The notes beneath the pieces are model-generated. The model saw only the letters and a list, made by a program, of their open reading frames with translations. It ran no database searches and was not told the DNA's origin. A stretch of DNA of 60,593 nt from Candidatus Giovannonibacteria bacterium (lineage in GTDB: Bacteria > Patescibacteriota > Minisyncoccia > JACPKW01 > UBA11713), in assembly GCA_016186825.1 (NCBI GenBank), contig JACPKW010000004.1, positions 196,237 through 256,829 of the forward strand, written 5' to 3'. Below are positions 24,107 to 33,279 of the stretch, piece after piece. Positions within the stretch are counted from its first letter, which is position 1. Every line of letters begins with the position of its first letter. Position numbers and translations under genes: made by a program.

Positions 24107-25300
24107 ATGGACAAAACTGACATTCCCGGTACTTTTAATGCTGGGGCCACATTAGACCCGGTTCAGCCCATGAGATATGCTGAATTACCTCATGAGCTAA
24201 ACAAAACGAATATGGCAAGAATTTGGAATAAATTCATCCCGTTAGATAAAAAATTATCTAACAAAGTTTCCCTACGGGGCAGGCGAAAGGTCTTCGTGGC
24301 GATGTCCGGAGGCGTGGATTCGAGCGTCGCTGCTTTGATGTTGAAGCGAAAAGGTTACGATGTGACGGGTGCGCATATGATCTGTTGGGAAGGATGCGAA
24401 AATAATCAGGACAAACAAGATGCGATGCGAGTTGCGGCGAAACTCGAGATTCCGTTTATTGTTTTTGATTTTCGAAAGGAATATCGCCATAAAGTTTATG
24501 ATTATATGATTAACGAGTACGCGGCTGGCAGGACTCCGAATCCCGATGTCGTCTGCAATTCGGAAATAAAATTTGGGATATTTTTAAAGCGTGTTCTCGA
24601 GATGGGGGCGGATTATATTGCAACGGGGCATTACGTAAGGGGAGTGGGAGATAAACTGAGAATTGCCAAAGACTTAAACAAGGACCAATCTTATTTTCTC
24701 TGGAAACTGACACCGGAGCAAATTTCCAGATCGCTTTTTCCGATCGGCGAATATTTTAAAAGAGAAGTGCGGCAGATTGCGAAAGACGCGGGCTTGATCA
24801 CTGCGGAGAAAAAAGATTCGCAGGGGCTTTGCTTTGTGGGAAAGCTCGATTTTCAGGAATTTTTGCGTGAAGTTTTGCCAAAACGCGAAGGGGCGGTTGT
24901 AAATTCAAAAGGCGAAGTTCTGGGTCAGCATGACGGTGCGCAATTTTTTACACTCGGCCAAAGGCATGGGCTTAAGCTTGGCGGCAATTTGCGGCCGCTT
25001 TATGTTGCCGAAAAAAATTTGGAAACAAATACGATTTTAGCGGCAGAAGGTTCGGACGATCCGGTTTTATATAAAAAAGAAATCGAAGTAGGGGATTTGA
25101 ATTTAGTTTCGGACTTGCCCGAAAAAGTTCTAGTGCGGATCAGATATCGCCAGCCTCTTCAGAAAGCTCATGTCCATAAACTATCAACTAAAATCTATAA
25201 ACTATTTTTTGATTTGCCAGAGCGTGGAGTTGCCTCCGGCCAGTCGGCTGTTTTTTATGAAGGCGAAAATCTGCTCGGTGGGGGTATAATAAAGGCATGA
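24107..25300 (+). CDS. mnmA: tRNA 2-thiouridine(34) synthase MnmA
   Basis: PP-loop VAMSGGVDSSV, GRTPNPDVVCNSEIKF, ADYIATGHY, KDQSYFL and C-terminal barrel motifs. The true start is probably downstream of 24107 (candidates ATG 24212, GTG 24295), because 24238-24290 is a repeat-family hairpin. Confidence 0.85.
   Translation: MDKTDIPGTFNAGATLDPVQPMRYAELPHELNKTNMARIWNKFIPLDKKLSNKVSLRGRRKVFVAMSGGVDSSVAALMLKRKGYDVTGAHMICWEGCENNQDKQDAMRVAAKLEIPFIVFDFRKEYRHKVYDYMINEYAAGRTPNPDVVCNSEIKFGIFLKRVLEMGADYIATGHYVRGVGDKLRIAKDLNKDQSYFLWKLTPEQISRSLFPIGEYFKREVRQIAKDAGLITAEKKDSQGLCFVGKLDFQEFLREVLPKREGAVVNSKGEVLGQHDGAQFFTLGQRHGLKLGGNLRPLYVAEKNLETNTILAAEGSDDPVLYKKEIEVGDLNLVSDLPEKVLVRIRYRQPLQKAHVHKLSTKIYKLFFDLPERGVASGQSAVFYEGENLLGGGIIKA
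24238..24290. repeat. degenerate copy of the CCCGTTAGATA/TATCTAAC...GGGGCAGGCGAA repeat
   Basis: CCCGTTAGATAA-AAA-TTATCTAAC hairpin, then an 11-nt insert, then CGGGGCAGGCGAAAGG. Compare 10233-10271. Confidence 0.7.
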
Positions 25301-26007
25301 TCTATCCCTATACGGTAGCGCTTCATGGAGTAATGGCTTTATTAAGCCTGCTAAGTTCTATTTATCTTTTTTATCGCAAGCGCGACACGGACAACGAATC
25401 AATCGGCGCATTTTTTTACTGGTTTTTGTACTACTTCATATATAATTTTATATTGGCGCTTTCCATAATAATTGCAGGAGAGCTTAATGAACTTGTCGGA
25501 ATAAGCTATGCTATTGCGCTTGTTTTCCAGGGATTTGCCGCATGGAATGCATTCAATGTTGCTTTGAATTTGGCAGGTTTCAATTTCTTTATAAGAAAAT
25601 CTTTTTCGTGGTTATATCTATTGGGTATGTTGATTGCTTCTATGCTGCACCTCATTTATTTTGAGATTCCGATAGGAACATCGGATGCGAAGTGGGTTCT
25701 TTGGTACTCTAACCAACCTCGGTCGCTATTTTTTACTTTTTTTATGTTTGTCGCGGGATGGACATTTGCCTTGGTGCATTTTAAGGCGCTGTTTCTTCTT
25801 CATTCCGCCGCGCTTAAAATGCGCGCGTTTTTCTTTGCGCTTGCCGCCTTCATTCTCCCATTTGCCGCGTGGTTCTATTTTGGAGCGCAGGATGTAAACG
25901 ATATTTTCTTTGCATTCCTATTTGCCATCCTGGGGTTGGTTTTTCTTGCGGTGGGAAATGTTGTTATAGGTGTCTTAAAAGGAGAGTGGATAAGCGCCAA
26001 AGAGTAA
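25297..26007 (+). CDS. hypothetical integral membrane protein (about 7 TM)
   Basis: ATGA overlap with the mnmA stop. Strongly hydrophobic, Phe/Leu-rich helices. Confidence 0.55.
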   Translation: MIYPYTVALHGVMALLSLLSSIYLFYRKRDTDNESIGAFFYWFLYYFIYNFILALSIIIAGELNELVGISYAIALVFQGFAAWNAFNVALNLAGFNFFIRKSFSWLYLLGMLIASMLHLIYFEIPIGTSDAKWVLWYSNQPRSLFFTFFMFVAGWTFALVHFKALFLLHSAALKMRAFFFALAAFILPFAAWFYFGAQDVNDIFFAFLFAILGLVFLAVGNVVIGVLKGEWISAKE

Positions 26008-26087
26008 AAAGTGCAAGTTATTATGGACAAAACTGGTCTCTTAATGATACAAATTAAGTGACAAAATCTTTGTAAATAGGAGGTTTT

Positions 26088-26393
26088 ATGACAACAGTTC
26101 TTCTTTCATCATTCAGGAGTTTGAAAAAAATTATCTTTAATCTATCGCAGGGCGCTTTAGAGATTCAAATAATTAACTGGATTAAATCTCCTGAAGGAGA
26201 AATGGAATTTCTTAAGCTTTCTCTATGTGGAGAAAGCTTCGAAAGAGCGATTTATTTCTGGGGAGATAGCCGGAAGATATTTGCGTCCAATTACTTACCA
26301 GATTCTGCAAATACCAATGTGCTTTCGATGTTTCTTGCGGAAAGTGTCAGCGTGCGGCTAGATAAAGAAGGAAATATCCTAAGTCTTTCTTAA
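26088..26393 (+). CDS. hypothetical protein
   Basis: RBS AGGAGG 6 nt upstream. 101 aa with no motif recognised. Confidence 0.45.
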   Translation: MTTVLLSSFRSLKKIIFNLSQGALEIQIINWIKSPEGEMEFLKLSLCGESFERAIYFWGDSRKIFASNYLPDSANTNVLSMFLAESVSVRLDKEGNILSLS

Positions 26394-26599
26394 CTGGGTC
26401 GGTCACGCAAAAAGATGGCGGTTGAAATTTATATTTCGCCGCTGTTTTTTATGTTGGTGGTAAAATGCTCGGAGGCGGAATAATTAGATAGTTCAAAAAC
26501 GAGTGATGCGCTTCAGAGTTGAATTTTAGTAGAGAATTTGACATTATGTAGGCTTAGTGGTACTGTCTTTTTTTGTAGGTCCAATTAGAGGAGGGAAAA

Positions 26600-27022
26600 A
26601 TGAAAAAAAGAGAGAATTATGATGGGGCTACGGATATGGGGACTGCTCCTTTTGTTGCTCCGGACACTCTGCTCCCGGAGCAATATTTTGCAACTTTTCG
26701 GCGGGAAAATCTTGAGCCGGAAAAGGCCCTAATGCTGGCGATTCTGGAAGACGCAATTCTATGCTTCCAGAAGTATTCTGGGGCCGGCAAACGGGTACAT
26801 ATCAGACTTTTTCGAGATGCTGAAGCGTGGATCGTTAGCAACGAAGGAGACTGGCTTTTCTCGTTTGCTAACATCTGCGAGGTTTTGGGTTTCGACCCAG
26901 ACTTCCTAAGAAAAGGCCTTCTTAGTGAGAAAGAGAAGACGGCCGGTAAAAAAAGCACTCGAAAAGTCCCCGTTAAATATCTCGCGCTCCCGCGCGGGAT
27001 ATCCAAACGAAAAGCGGCCTAA
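26600..27022 (+). CDS. hypothetical protein
   Basis: RBS GAGGAGGG upstream and a terminator downstream. The central ALMLAILEDAILCFQ...AEAWIVSNEGDWLFSFANICEVLGFDP looks conserved, but no family name is recalled. Confidence 0.5.
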   Translation: MKKRENYDGATDMGTAPFVAPDTLLPEQYFATFRRENLEPEKALMLAILEDAILCFQKYSGAGKRVHIRLFRDAEAWIVSNEGDWLFSFANICEVLGFDPDFLRKGLLSEKEKTAGKKSTRKVPVKYLALPRGISKRKAA

Positions 27023-27033
27023 ACGTCTTTATC

Positions 27034-27080
27034 GAGGTGGCGAGGTGAAGCAACATGCTAAACCCGCCGCCTCTTTTTTA
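27034..27080 (+). terminator. rho-independent terminator
   Basis: GAGGTGGCG...CGCCGCCTC stem (one G-U pair) followed by TTTTTTATTT. Confidence 0.6.
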
Positions 27081-27126
27081 TTTGTGGTGATTTGAGCTTT
27101 TTTGGCTTCGGAGGTAAATTAATCTT

Positions 27127-28842
27127 ATGTCTTCGAACGAATTGCGTAAGAAATTTCTGGAATTTTTTAAGAAAAGGGAACACGCGATTGTGCCGTCTTC
27201 TTCGCTCATGCCCGATGATCCCTCGGTCTTGTTAACAACCGCTGGAATGCAGCAGTTCAAAAAATATTACACAGGAGAAGCTGATGCGCTCCAAGATTTT
27301 AAGTCTAAGAACACTGCTTCAGTTCAGAAATGTTTTCGTACGTCCGATATTGATGAAGTCGGAGATGATACGCACCTTACTTTTTTTGAAATGCTCGGGA
27401 ACTTTTCGTTCGGAGGCTATTTCAAGGAAGAGTCCATCCGTTTTGCGCACGATTTTTTAGTAAACAATCTGAACTTAAAAATAGATTATGTTTCAGTTTT
27501 CAAAGGCACAAAGGGTGTTCCCGCAGATACTGAATCGGAAAAAATTTGGAAAAAAGTTGACCCCTCGATCGAAGTCAGGAAATTCGGGCGCGAAGACAAT
27601 TTTTGGGGACCGACCGGATCAGAAGGGCCGTGCGGACCTACAACTGAAATTTACATCAACGGCACGGAGATCTGGAACATTGTTTTTAATCAATATTATT
27701 CGCATCCCGACGGGAAGCTCGACCCTTTGAAAACGCCGGGCGTAGATACAGGCATGGGGCTCGAAAGGCTTTCCATGGTAACGCGGAACGTAAAAAATAT
27801 CTTTGAAACGGACCTTTTCCGGCCTTTGTTGAATGCTTTACCTGAAGAAATTTCAGAAAGAAATCGGAGAATTATCGCAGATCATCTTCGCGGAATTGCA
27901 TTTCTGCTTGCAGACGGATTTCGCCCTTCTAATAAAGAAGCGGGGTATGTCTTAAGGCGCCTGATTCGGCGTGTTTTGGTTTATGGAGAACGTTACAATA
28001 TTCCACCGCATGTATTTGAAGCGCTTTTGCATGACGTCGTTCATGAATATGGAAAATTTTACAAAGAGCTCATGTCGACATCTGATGTGATCCATACCGA
28101 GTTCGCGCTTGAACGAGAAAAATTTTCACGAACGCTTGCGCGCGGGCTAAAAGAGTTGTCTAAAGAAAGTAAGATTGATAGCGAAAAAGCATTCCGTTTG
28201 TATGAAACATTCGGCCTGCCTTATGAAATTATTAAAGAGTTTGCAGGAGAGCGGGGGCGGATTCTTACGCGCGATGGATTTGATGAAGAATTCCGGAAAC
28301 ATCAGGAGCGTTCGCGGGCCGGTCTTGAGAAAAAATTCGGCGGGCACGGTCTTTTACTTGATACAGGCGAATTGAAGGCAAAAGACGAGGCGGAGCTTAA
28401 AAAAGTAACACGCTTGCACACTGCAACGCATCTCTTGCAGGCGGCGCTAAGAAAAGTGTTGGGAGAAGAAGTTAAGCAGATGGGGTCTGATATTACGGCA
28501 GAGCGCACCCGTTTTGATTTTTCTTTTCCCCGAAAGCTAACACCGGATGAAATAGAAAAAATAGAGCAACTGGTAAACGAGGCGATCTCCAAACAGCTAA
28601 AAATTTCGATGGAAGAGATGAAATTTGAAGATGCTCAAAAATCCGGAGCACTTCACTTTTTCAAGCAAAAATACCCGCCGCGAGTGAAGGTTTATACAAT
28701 GGGATCCAAGGAGGAAGAATTTTCAAAGGAAATCTGCGGCGGCCCGCATGTTTTAAACACTGACGAAGTTGGCAAATTTGTTATACTGAAAGAGGAGGCA
28801 GTGGCGGGAGGAGTGCGGAGGATCCGCGCCGCCGTGCTTTAG
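27127..28842 (+). CDS. alaS: alanine--tRNA ligase, short form (catalytic, tRNA-recognition and editing domains; no C-Ala domain)
   Basis: LLTTAGMQQFK, QKCFRTSDIDEVGDDTHLTFFEMLGNFSFGGYFK and DTGMGLERL mark the class IIc core. TATHLLQAALRKVLG and CGGPHV are editing-domain Zn motifs. 571 aa versus ~870 in typical bacteria. Confidence 0.9.
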   Translation: MSSNELRKKFLEFFKKREHAIVPSSSLMPDDPSVLLTTAGMQQFKKYYTGEADALQDFKSKNTASVQKCFRTSDIDEVGDDTHLTFFEMLGNFSFGGYFKEESIRFAHDFLVNNLNLKIDYVSVFKGTKGVPADTESEKIWKKVDPSIEVRKFGREDNFWGPTGSEGPCGPTTEIYINGTEIWNIVFNQYYSHPDGKLDPLKTPGVDTGMGLERLSMVTRNVKNIFETDLFRPLLNALPEEISERNRRIIADHLRGIAFLLADGFRPSNKEAGYVLRRLIRRVLVYGERYNIPPHVFEALLHDVVHEYGKFYKELMSTSDVIHTEFALEREKFSRTLARGLKELSKESKIDSEKAFRLYETFGLPYEIIKEFAGERGRILTRDGFDEEFRKHQERSRAGLEKKFGGHGLLLDTGELKAKDEAELKKVTRLHTATHLLQAALRKVLGEEVKQMGSDITAERTRFDFSFPRKLTPDEIEKIEQLVNEAISKQLKISMEEMKFEDAQKSGALHFFKQKYPPRVKVYTMGSKEEEFSKEICGGPHVLNTDEVGKFVILKEEAVAGGVRRIRAAVL

Positions 28843-28845
28843 AAA

Positions 28846-30030
28846 ATGTTTTTCAAAAATTCAAAGGAATCAAAAAAAATACTTGTTATTGATATTGGAA
28901 CTTCCTCCATCAATGGTTTTTATATTGAAATAATAAGCGGGAAAAAGCCGCGGATATTAAAGACGCTTCATCGCGACCTTGAATTTCTAAACGACCCCAA
29001 TTTTCAGACAATGTGGGGAAATATCAAATCAGGAATTCTTGAAATTTTTACTTTTTTCAAAAAGAATGATGCCAAATTCCATGTTGATTTTGCCGAGGTC
29101 ATATTGTCATCCCCTTGGTATCTTTCTCAGACTCGGATGGTGAGAGTGAAGCGGGATTATATTTTTACTGTGAATGAAGGCCTGGTGGACGATCTGATTG
29201 AAGAAGAAACAGCCGCATTTCTAAAAAAGTCAGTTTCTCATTTAAAAATGGAAGTTCGGGAACTTGCAGTGCTCGAAAAATATGTTATGAAAGTTTTTCT
29301 TAATGGATATCCCGCGCCGCAACCATTTGGGAAAAAAGCGCAGGAGCTGGTGTTATGTCTTTATGTGAGCATTTGCAGAAATGAAATTGCGCGAGAACTC
29401 GGGGATTTAGTTCGCCACCAGTTCCCGCGGACGCGTCTCATCATCAACTCTTCGCCTGCAGCTCTTTTTCAGATTTTCAGACGGAAATTCGATCCCGAAG
29501 AGGGATTTATAATAGCTGATATTGGCGGCGAAATTACCGAAATTACGTTTGTATCCGGGCAGGTTATTGAAGAGGTTGCGACTTTCCCGCGCGGAGGGAA
29601 TTTTATAGTCCGGCGGCTTGCTTCCGGATTGGGTATTCCTGTTAATGATGCACTGACCTTGCTCAAATCCCGCACGAAAGGCGCTCTCAAAGAAGAGCTT
29701 TCTGAAAAAATAAAAGGACTTATAGAAGGGGCCTCAAAAGAATGGTACAAATTTTTTTACGAGACCATTTCCGATATCGGAAATGAAAAGCCTTTGCCGC
29801 AGTCTTTGATTTTAATCGGCGGAGCAGCCGGCATCGATATTTTGAAACTTTCGAGCCAGTCAGAAGATCTTTCAAAATTTACGATTCTCGGCCGTTCTTT
29901 CACCACCCAGACATATCTTCCGGAAAATTTTGAAAGCGAGTTGGATTATGCCGGGATTGACCGCAAAGATCCCCAGATGTCGCTTCCGTTATTATTAGTT
30001 CTTTCGTCGCTTGAAAATGCCAAAAAATAA
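28846..30030 (+). CDS. actin-like ATPase (FtsA/PilM family)
   Basis: ILVIDIGTSSINGF (phosphate 1), IIADIGGEITEITFV (phosphate 2) and LILIGGAAGI (adenosine motif). Confidence 0.6.
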   Translation: MFFKNSKESKKILVIDIGTSSINGFYIEIISGKKPRILKTLHRDLEFLNDPNFQTMWGNIKSGILEIFTFFKKNDAKFHVDFAEVILSSPWYLSQTRMVRVKRDYIFTVNEGLVDDLIEEETAAFLKKSVSHLKMEVRELAVLEKYVMKVFLNGYPAPQPFGKKAQELVLCLYVSICRNEIARELGDLVRHQFPRTRLIINSSPAALFQIFRRKFDPEEGFIIADIGGEITEITFVSGQVIEEVATFPRGGNFIVRRLASGLGIPVNDALTLLKSRTKGALKEELSEKIKGLIEGASKEWYKFFYETISDIGNEKPLPQSLILIGGAAGIDILKLSSQSEDLSKFTILGRSFTTQTYLPENFESELDYAGIDRKDPQMSLPLLLVLSSLENAKK

Positions 30031-31384
30031 TTCATATGAATATGATTCCGCTTCAGGGCGGCCGATAATGAGAGATATTGTCTCAGACGGCTCAAAGCGT
30101 CCTGTTAAAAGCGAGCCCAAGCCCGAAAAGAAAGAAAAATCGGAGGGATTTAACATTCGAATAACGCGGCCGGGTAAAAAAAGCGACTCCCGCGTTGAAA
30201 GCTATTTTAAAAAAGGTTCGGTTGAAAGGAAAAATGCTCGAGCAAAATTCCGAAGAAGGGCTTTTTATTTAATCCCGGCCATTGTAGCGCTGGCAATCGC
30301 ATTTATTTATATGAACAGTTTTGCAAAAGCCCTCGTCGTGATAACGCCGCGCCAGGAATTCATAAATGTGGATTTAAATATTCGCGCTTCTGCAAGTTCG
30401 GCGATTTTGCGAGATATCCCGCTTGAATTTGTATCGTTCGAGGATGAGCGCGAGCTCAATCAAGCAGTAAAATCGATCAAAACCATTGAGGCGCGCGCCA
30501 AAGGGGTTGTCGTTATATACAATAATTTTTCTACCGCGGCCCAGCTGTTAGTTAAGGGTACGCGGCTTGAAGCGCCTAACGGAAATATTTACCGGCTCGA
30601 AAATAATGTAAACGTTCCTGGGGCGAAAGCTGCCGACGGAAAAATGACCCCACAAGGCGTCGAAGTTGCAGTTAGCGCGGATCAGCCAGGGGAAACATAT
30701 AATATCGGATTAACTGACTTTAATATTCCCGGATTCAAGGGATCGCCGCGTTATGGGAAATTTTACGGCCGCTCGAAGACTGAAATCACCGGCGGATTTA
30801 CGGGCAGCGCGCCGATTGTTACTGAAGAAGATTTGAGTGATCTTGCCCAAAAAGCCAAAGCCGAATTGATTCAGGGATTTAAAGAGCGAGTCAAAAGAGA
30901 TCTTCCGTCTGGTTTCTTTCTGCCGGAAAACGCTTATGATCTCAAAATGGAAATAGCGGAGTCGAGGCCAAAATTGGGAGAGCGGGCGGAAAGAATAAGC
31001 GTGAAATATATTGGAAAGCTTTCCGGACTCGCACTTGAACAACAGAGCATTTCCAGATTTTTGGCAGAAAATTATTTAAAGTCAGAAAATGCCGATGTCA
31101 TAAGAGTTGTGAATCTGGAAAATCTTCCTTTTGAGGTGCTCGAAAAAAATATGAACGAGAAAACAATTGCTTTCCGAATAAGGGGCCGCGCGCATTTTGT
31201 ATGGAAAGTTGATGAAGCCGCGCTGAAAAAAGATTTGATCGGTAAAAAGGGTGAAAGGCGCGACGTTTTCAAATCCTACGGCGGAATTGAGAGGGCGGAG
31301 ATCAAGTTTAGCCCCAGTTTTTGGAAGATTTTTCCAAGCGATTTAAATCGGGTCGAGGTGCAGCAGATTATCAGAGAGGGGTGA
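30017..31384 (+). CDS. hypothetical membrane-anchored protein
   Basis: Basic N-terminus, a single TM (AFYLIPAIVALAIAFIYM) and a large extracytoplasmic domain. Overlaps the preceding gene by 14 nt. Confidence 0.5.
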   Translation: MPKNNSYEYDSASGRPIMRDIVSDGSKRPVKSEPKPEKKEKSEGFNIRITRPGKKSDSRVESYFKKGSVERKNARAKFRRRAFYLIPAIVALAIAFIYMNSFAKALVVITPRQEFINVDLNIRASASSAILRDIPLEFVSFEDERELNQAVKSIKTIEARAKGVVVIYNNFSTAAQLLVKGTRLEAPNGNIYRLENNVNVPGAKAADGKMTPQGVEVAVSADQPGETYNIGLTDFNIPGFKGSPRYGKFYGRSKTEITGGFTGSAPIVTEEDLSDLAQKAKAELIQGFKERVKRDLPSGFFLPENAYDLKMEIAESRPKLGERAERISVKYIGKLSGLALEQQSISRFLAENYLKSENADVIRVVNLENLPFEVLEKNMNEKTIAFRIRGRAHFVWKVDEAALKKDLIGKKGERRDVFKSYGGIERAEIKFSPSFWKIFPSDLNRVEVQQIIREG

Positions 31385-31456
31385 TCTCTCACGGGTTGAC
31401 TTCGATTTCTTTTTGATTTAACATGGAGAAGCTGGTCTACCAGTCGTTTGTTTTAA

Positions 31457-31675
31457 ATGGCTGAAAATAAAGAAAAAATAACGCGCATTGGCACAGTCGT
31501 AGAGGCCCTTCCGAACGCAACTTTTCGGATAAAGCTTGAGGATGAGAAAGAGATTCTCGGGCATTTAGCTGGGAAGATGCGTCTTTTTTACATAAGGGTT
31601 TTGCTTGGCGACAAAGTCAAAGTAGAACTTTCTCCTTACGACGAAACCAAGGGGAGAATAGTCCAGCGTCTATAG
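31457..31675 (+). CDS. infA: translation initiation factor IF-1
   Basis: [31 protein letters not shown]...[12 protein letters not shown] is the canonical S1-like IF-1. Confidence 0.92.
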   Translation: MAENKEKITRIGTVVEALPNATFRIKLEDEKEILGHLAGKMRLFYIRVLLGDKVKVELSPYDETKGRIVQRL

Positions 31676-31687
31676 AATTTATTAGAA

Positions 31688-31801
31688 ATGAAGGTTAGAG
31701 CTTCAGTTAAGAAAATTTGTGTTTCCTGCAAAGTTATCCGGCGTAAAGGCCGGCTCTATGTGATTTGCTCTAACCCCAAACATAAGCAGAGACAAGGCTA
31801 A
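31688..31801 (+). CDS. rpmJ: 50S ribosomal protein L36
   Basis: Below the ORF-track cutoff. [37 protein letters not shown] read directly. Confidence 0.9.
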   Translation: MKVRASVKKICVSCKVIRRKGRLYVICSNPKHKQRQG

Positions 31802-31803
31802 AA

Positions 31804-32187
31804 ATGCGAATTGCAGGGACAAACGTACCGGATAATAAAAGATTAGAGGTGGCGCTTACATATATTTACGGCATCGGTTCATCAACAGCGAGAAAAATTC
31901 TTGTAGAATCTAATGTTTCTCCGGACAAAAAGGCAAAGGAAATTTCGGGCGCTGAAATTAACCGTCTGCGGAATATTATTGAAAAAAATTACAGAATTGA
32001 AGGCGAGCTTCGCCGCGACATTCTTTTAAATATTAGAAGGCTTAAGGAAATCGGATCCTATCGCGGCGCTCGCCACGCAAGATCTCTGCCGGTGCGGGGA
32101 CAGCGCACAAAAACCAACTCGAGAACGCGCAGAGGGAATGTCCGAAAAACAATGGGGTCCGGAAAAAGGAAATTAGATAAGAAATAG
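31804..32187 (+). CDS. rpsM: 30S ribosomal protein S13
   Basis: MRIAGTNVPDNKRLEVALTYIYGIG...RGARHARSLPVRGQRTKTN. Confidence 0.92.
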   Translation: MRIAGTNVPDNKRLEVALTYIYGIGSSTARKILVESNVSPDKKAKEISGAEINRLRNIIEKNYRIEGELRRDILLNIRRLKEIGSYRGARHARSLPVRGQRTKTNSRTRRGNVRKTMGSGKRKLDKK

Positions 32188-32188
32188 A

Positions 32189-32623
32189 ATGGGCAAGAAA
32201 CGTATTATCACAAAAGGATCATCGGGAGTGGATCAGGGATTGAAGGCCCGCGCTCTTGCGAAGTTGCCGAAGAAAAAACTTTCTTTTGGGATTTTGAATA
32301 TTCTCTCGACTTATAACAATACTTTAATTTCGCTTTCTGATGAAAGCGGAAACGTAATACTTTCGTCCTCAGCCGGCTCAATGGGATTTAAGGGGGCGCG
32401 CAAAGGGACTCCGTATGCCGCATCGAAAGTTTCTGAATTTATTGCTGAGCGCGCGAAGCTGATCGGCGTTGATAAAGTCGGAATTAAGGTTAAGGGAATC
32501 GGAGCTGGCAGGGAGTCTGCAATCCGTTTTTTTGCAGCTCAAGGTTTCGACATCGGTTTTATTAAGGACATTACACCGATTCCTCACAACGGTCCTAAAC
32601 TGCCTAAACCTCGAAGAGTATGA
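32189..32623 (+). CDS. rpsK: 30S ribosomal protein S11
   Basis: NNTLISLSDESGNV...GFKGARKGTPYAA...GAGRESAIR...DITPIPHNG. Confidence 0.92.
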   Translation: MGKKRIITKGSSGVDQGLKARALAKLPKKKLSFGILNILSTYNNTLISLSDESGNVILSSSAGSMGFKGARKGTPYAASKVSEFIAERAKLIGVDKVGIKVKGIGAGRESAIRFFAAQGFDIGFIKDITPIPHNGPKLPKPRRV

Positions 32624-33237
32624 GCACACATATTACATGTAAAATTTGCAGGCGGCTTGGCATGTCTGTTTGCGGGCGCGAAAAGTGCGCCTTCAAAAGA
32701 AAGCCTTATCCGCCCGGAGAGCATGGGAGGAAGTCCAAGCACGCGCGTTCCATTTCGGAATACGGCATGCAGATGCGCGAAAAACAGCGTCTGAAATTTA
32801 CATACGGACTTCGTGAAGCCCAGTTTAGAAATTATGTTAAAGAAGCCCAGCGCAGAGGCACAAATACTACCGAGGCGCTTTTACAAATTTTGGAGTCGCG
32901 CCTTGATAACACGGTGCATCGCCTAGGATTTGCTGTGACCCGCAGCTTCGCGCGACAGCTGATTTCTCACGGGCACATTATGGTAAACGGCAGAAAAGTT
33001 AATATTCCTTCATTTCGGACGCGGACAGGCGATGTCATTTCCATACGTCCGCAAAGTTCGGCAAAGGGCGCGTTTAAGGATCTCGAAATTACGCTGAAAA
33101 AATACAACACGCCGCCATGGCTCGCTTTAGACAAGGAAAAGAGAGAAGGCAAGGTGCTCGGCAAAGCAGATGTGGCGGATCCCTCCATGTTTTTGAATTT
33201 GAAATTGGACAGCATTGTAGAATTTTACTCGCGATAA
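32620..33237 (+). CDS. rpsD: 30S ribosomal protein S4
   Basis: CKICRRLG...SEYGMQMREKQRLKFTYG...LESRLDNTVHRLGFA..R..ARQLISHGHIMVNG. Confidence 0.92.
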   Translation: MSTHITCKICRRLGMSVCGREKCAFKRKPYPPGEHGRKSKHARSISEYGMQMREKQRLKFTYGLREAQFRNYVKEAQRRGTNTTEALLQILESRLDNTVHRLGFAVTRSFARQLISHGHIMVNGRKVNIPSFRTRTGDVISIRPQSSAKGAFKDLEITLKKYNTPPWLALDKEKREGKVLGKADVADPSMFLNLKLDSIVEFYSR

Positions 33238-33279
33238 AAATTTTATTTTAATTTTTTATTATTAATTAACGATTGAGTT

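Noticed and set aside
26430-26460. Possible terminator after 26088-26393 (GGCGG...GCCGC followed by TGTTTTTTAT)
   Set aside because: The stem is only 4-5 bp with a large AT-rich loop, which is too weak to call with confidence.
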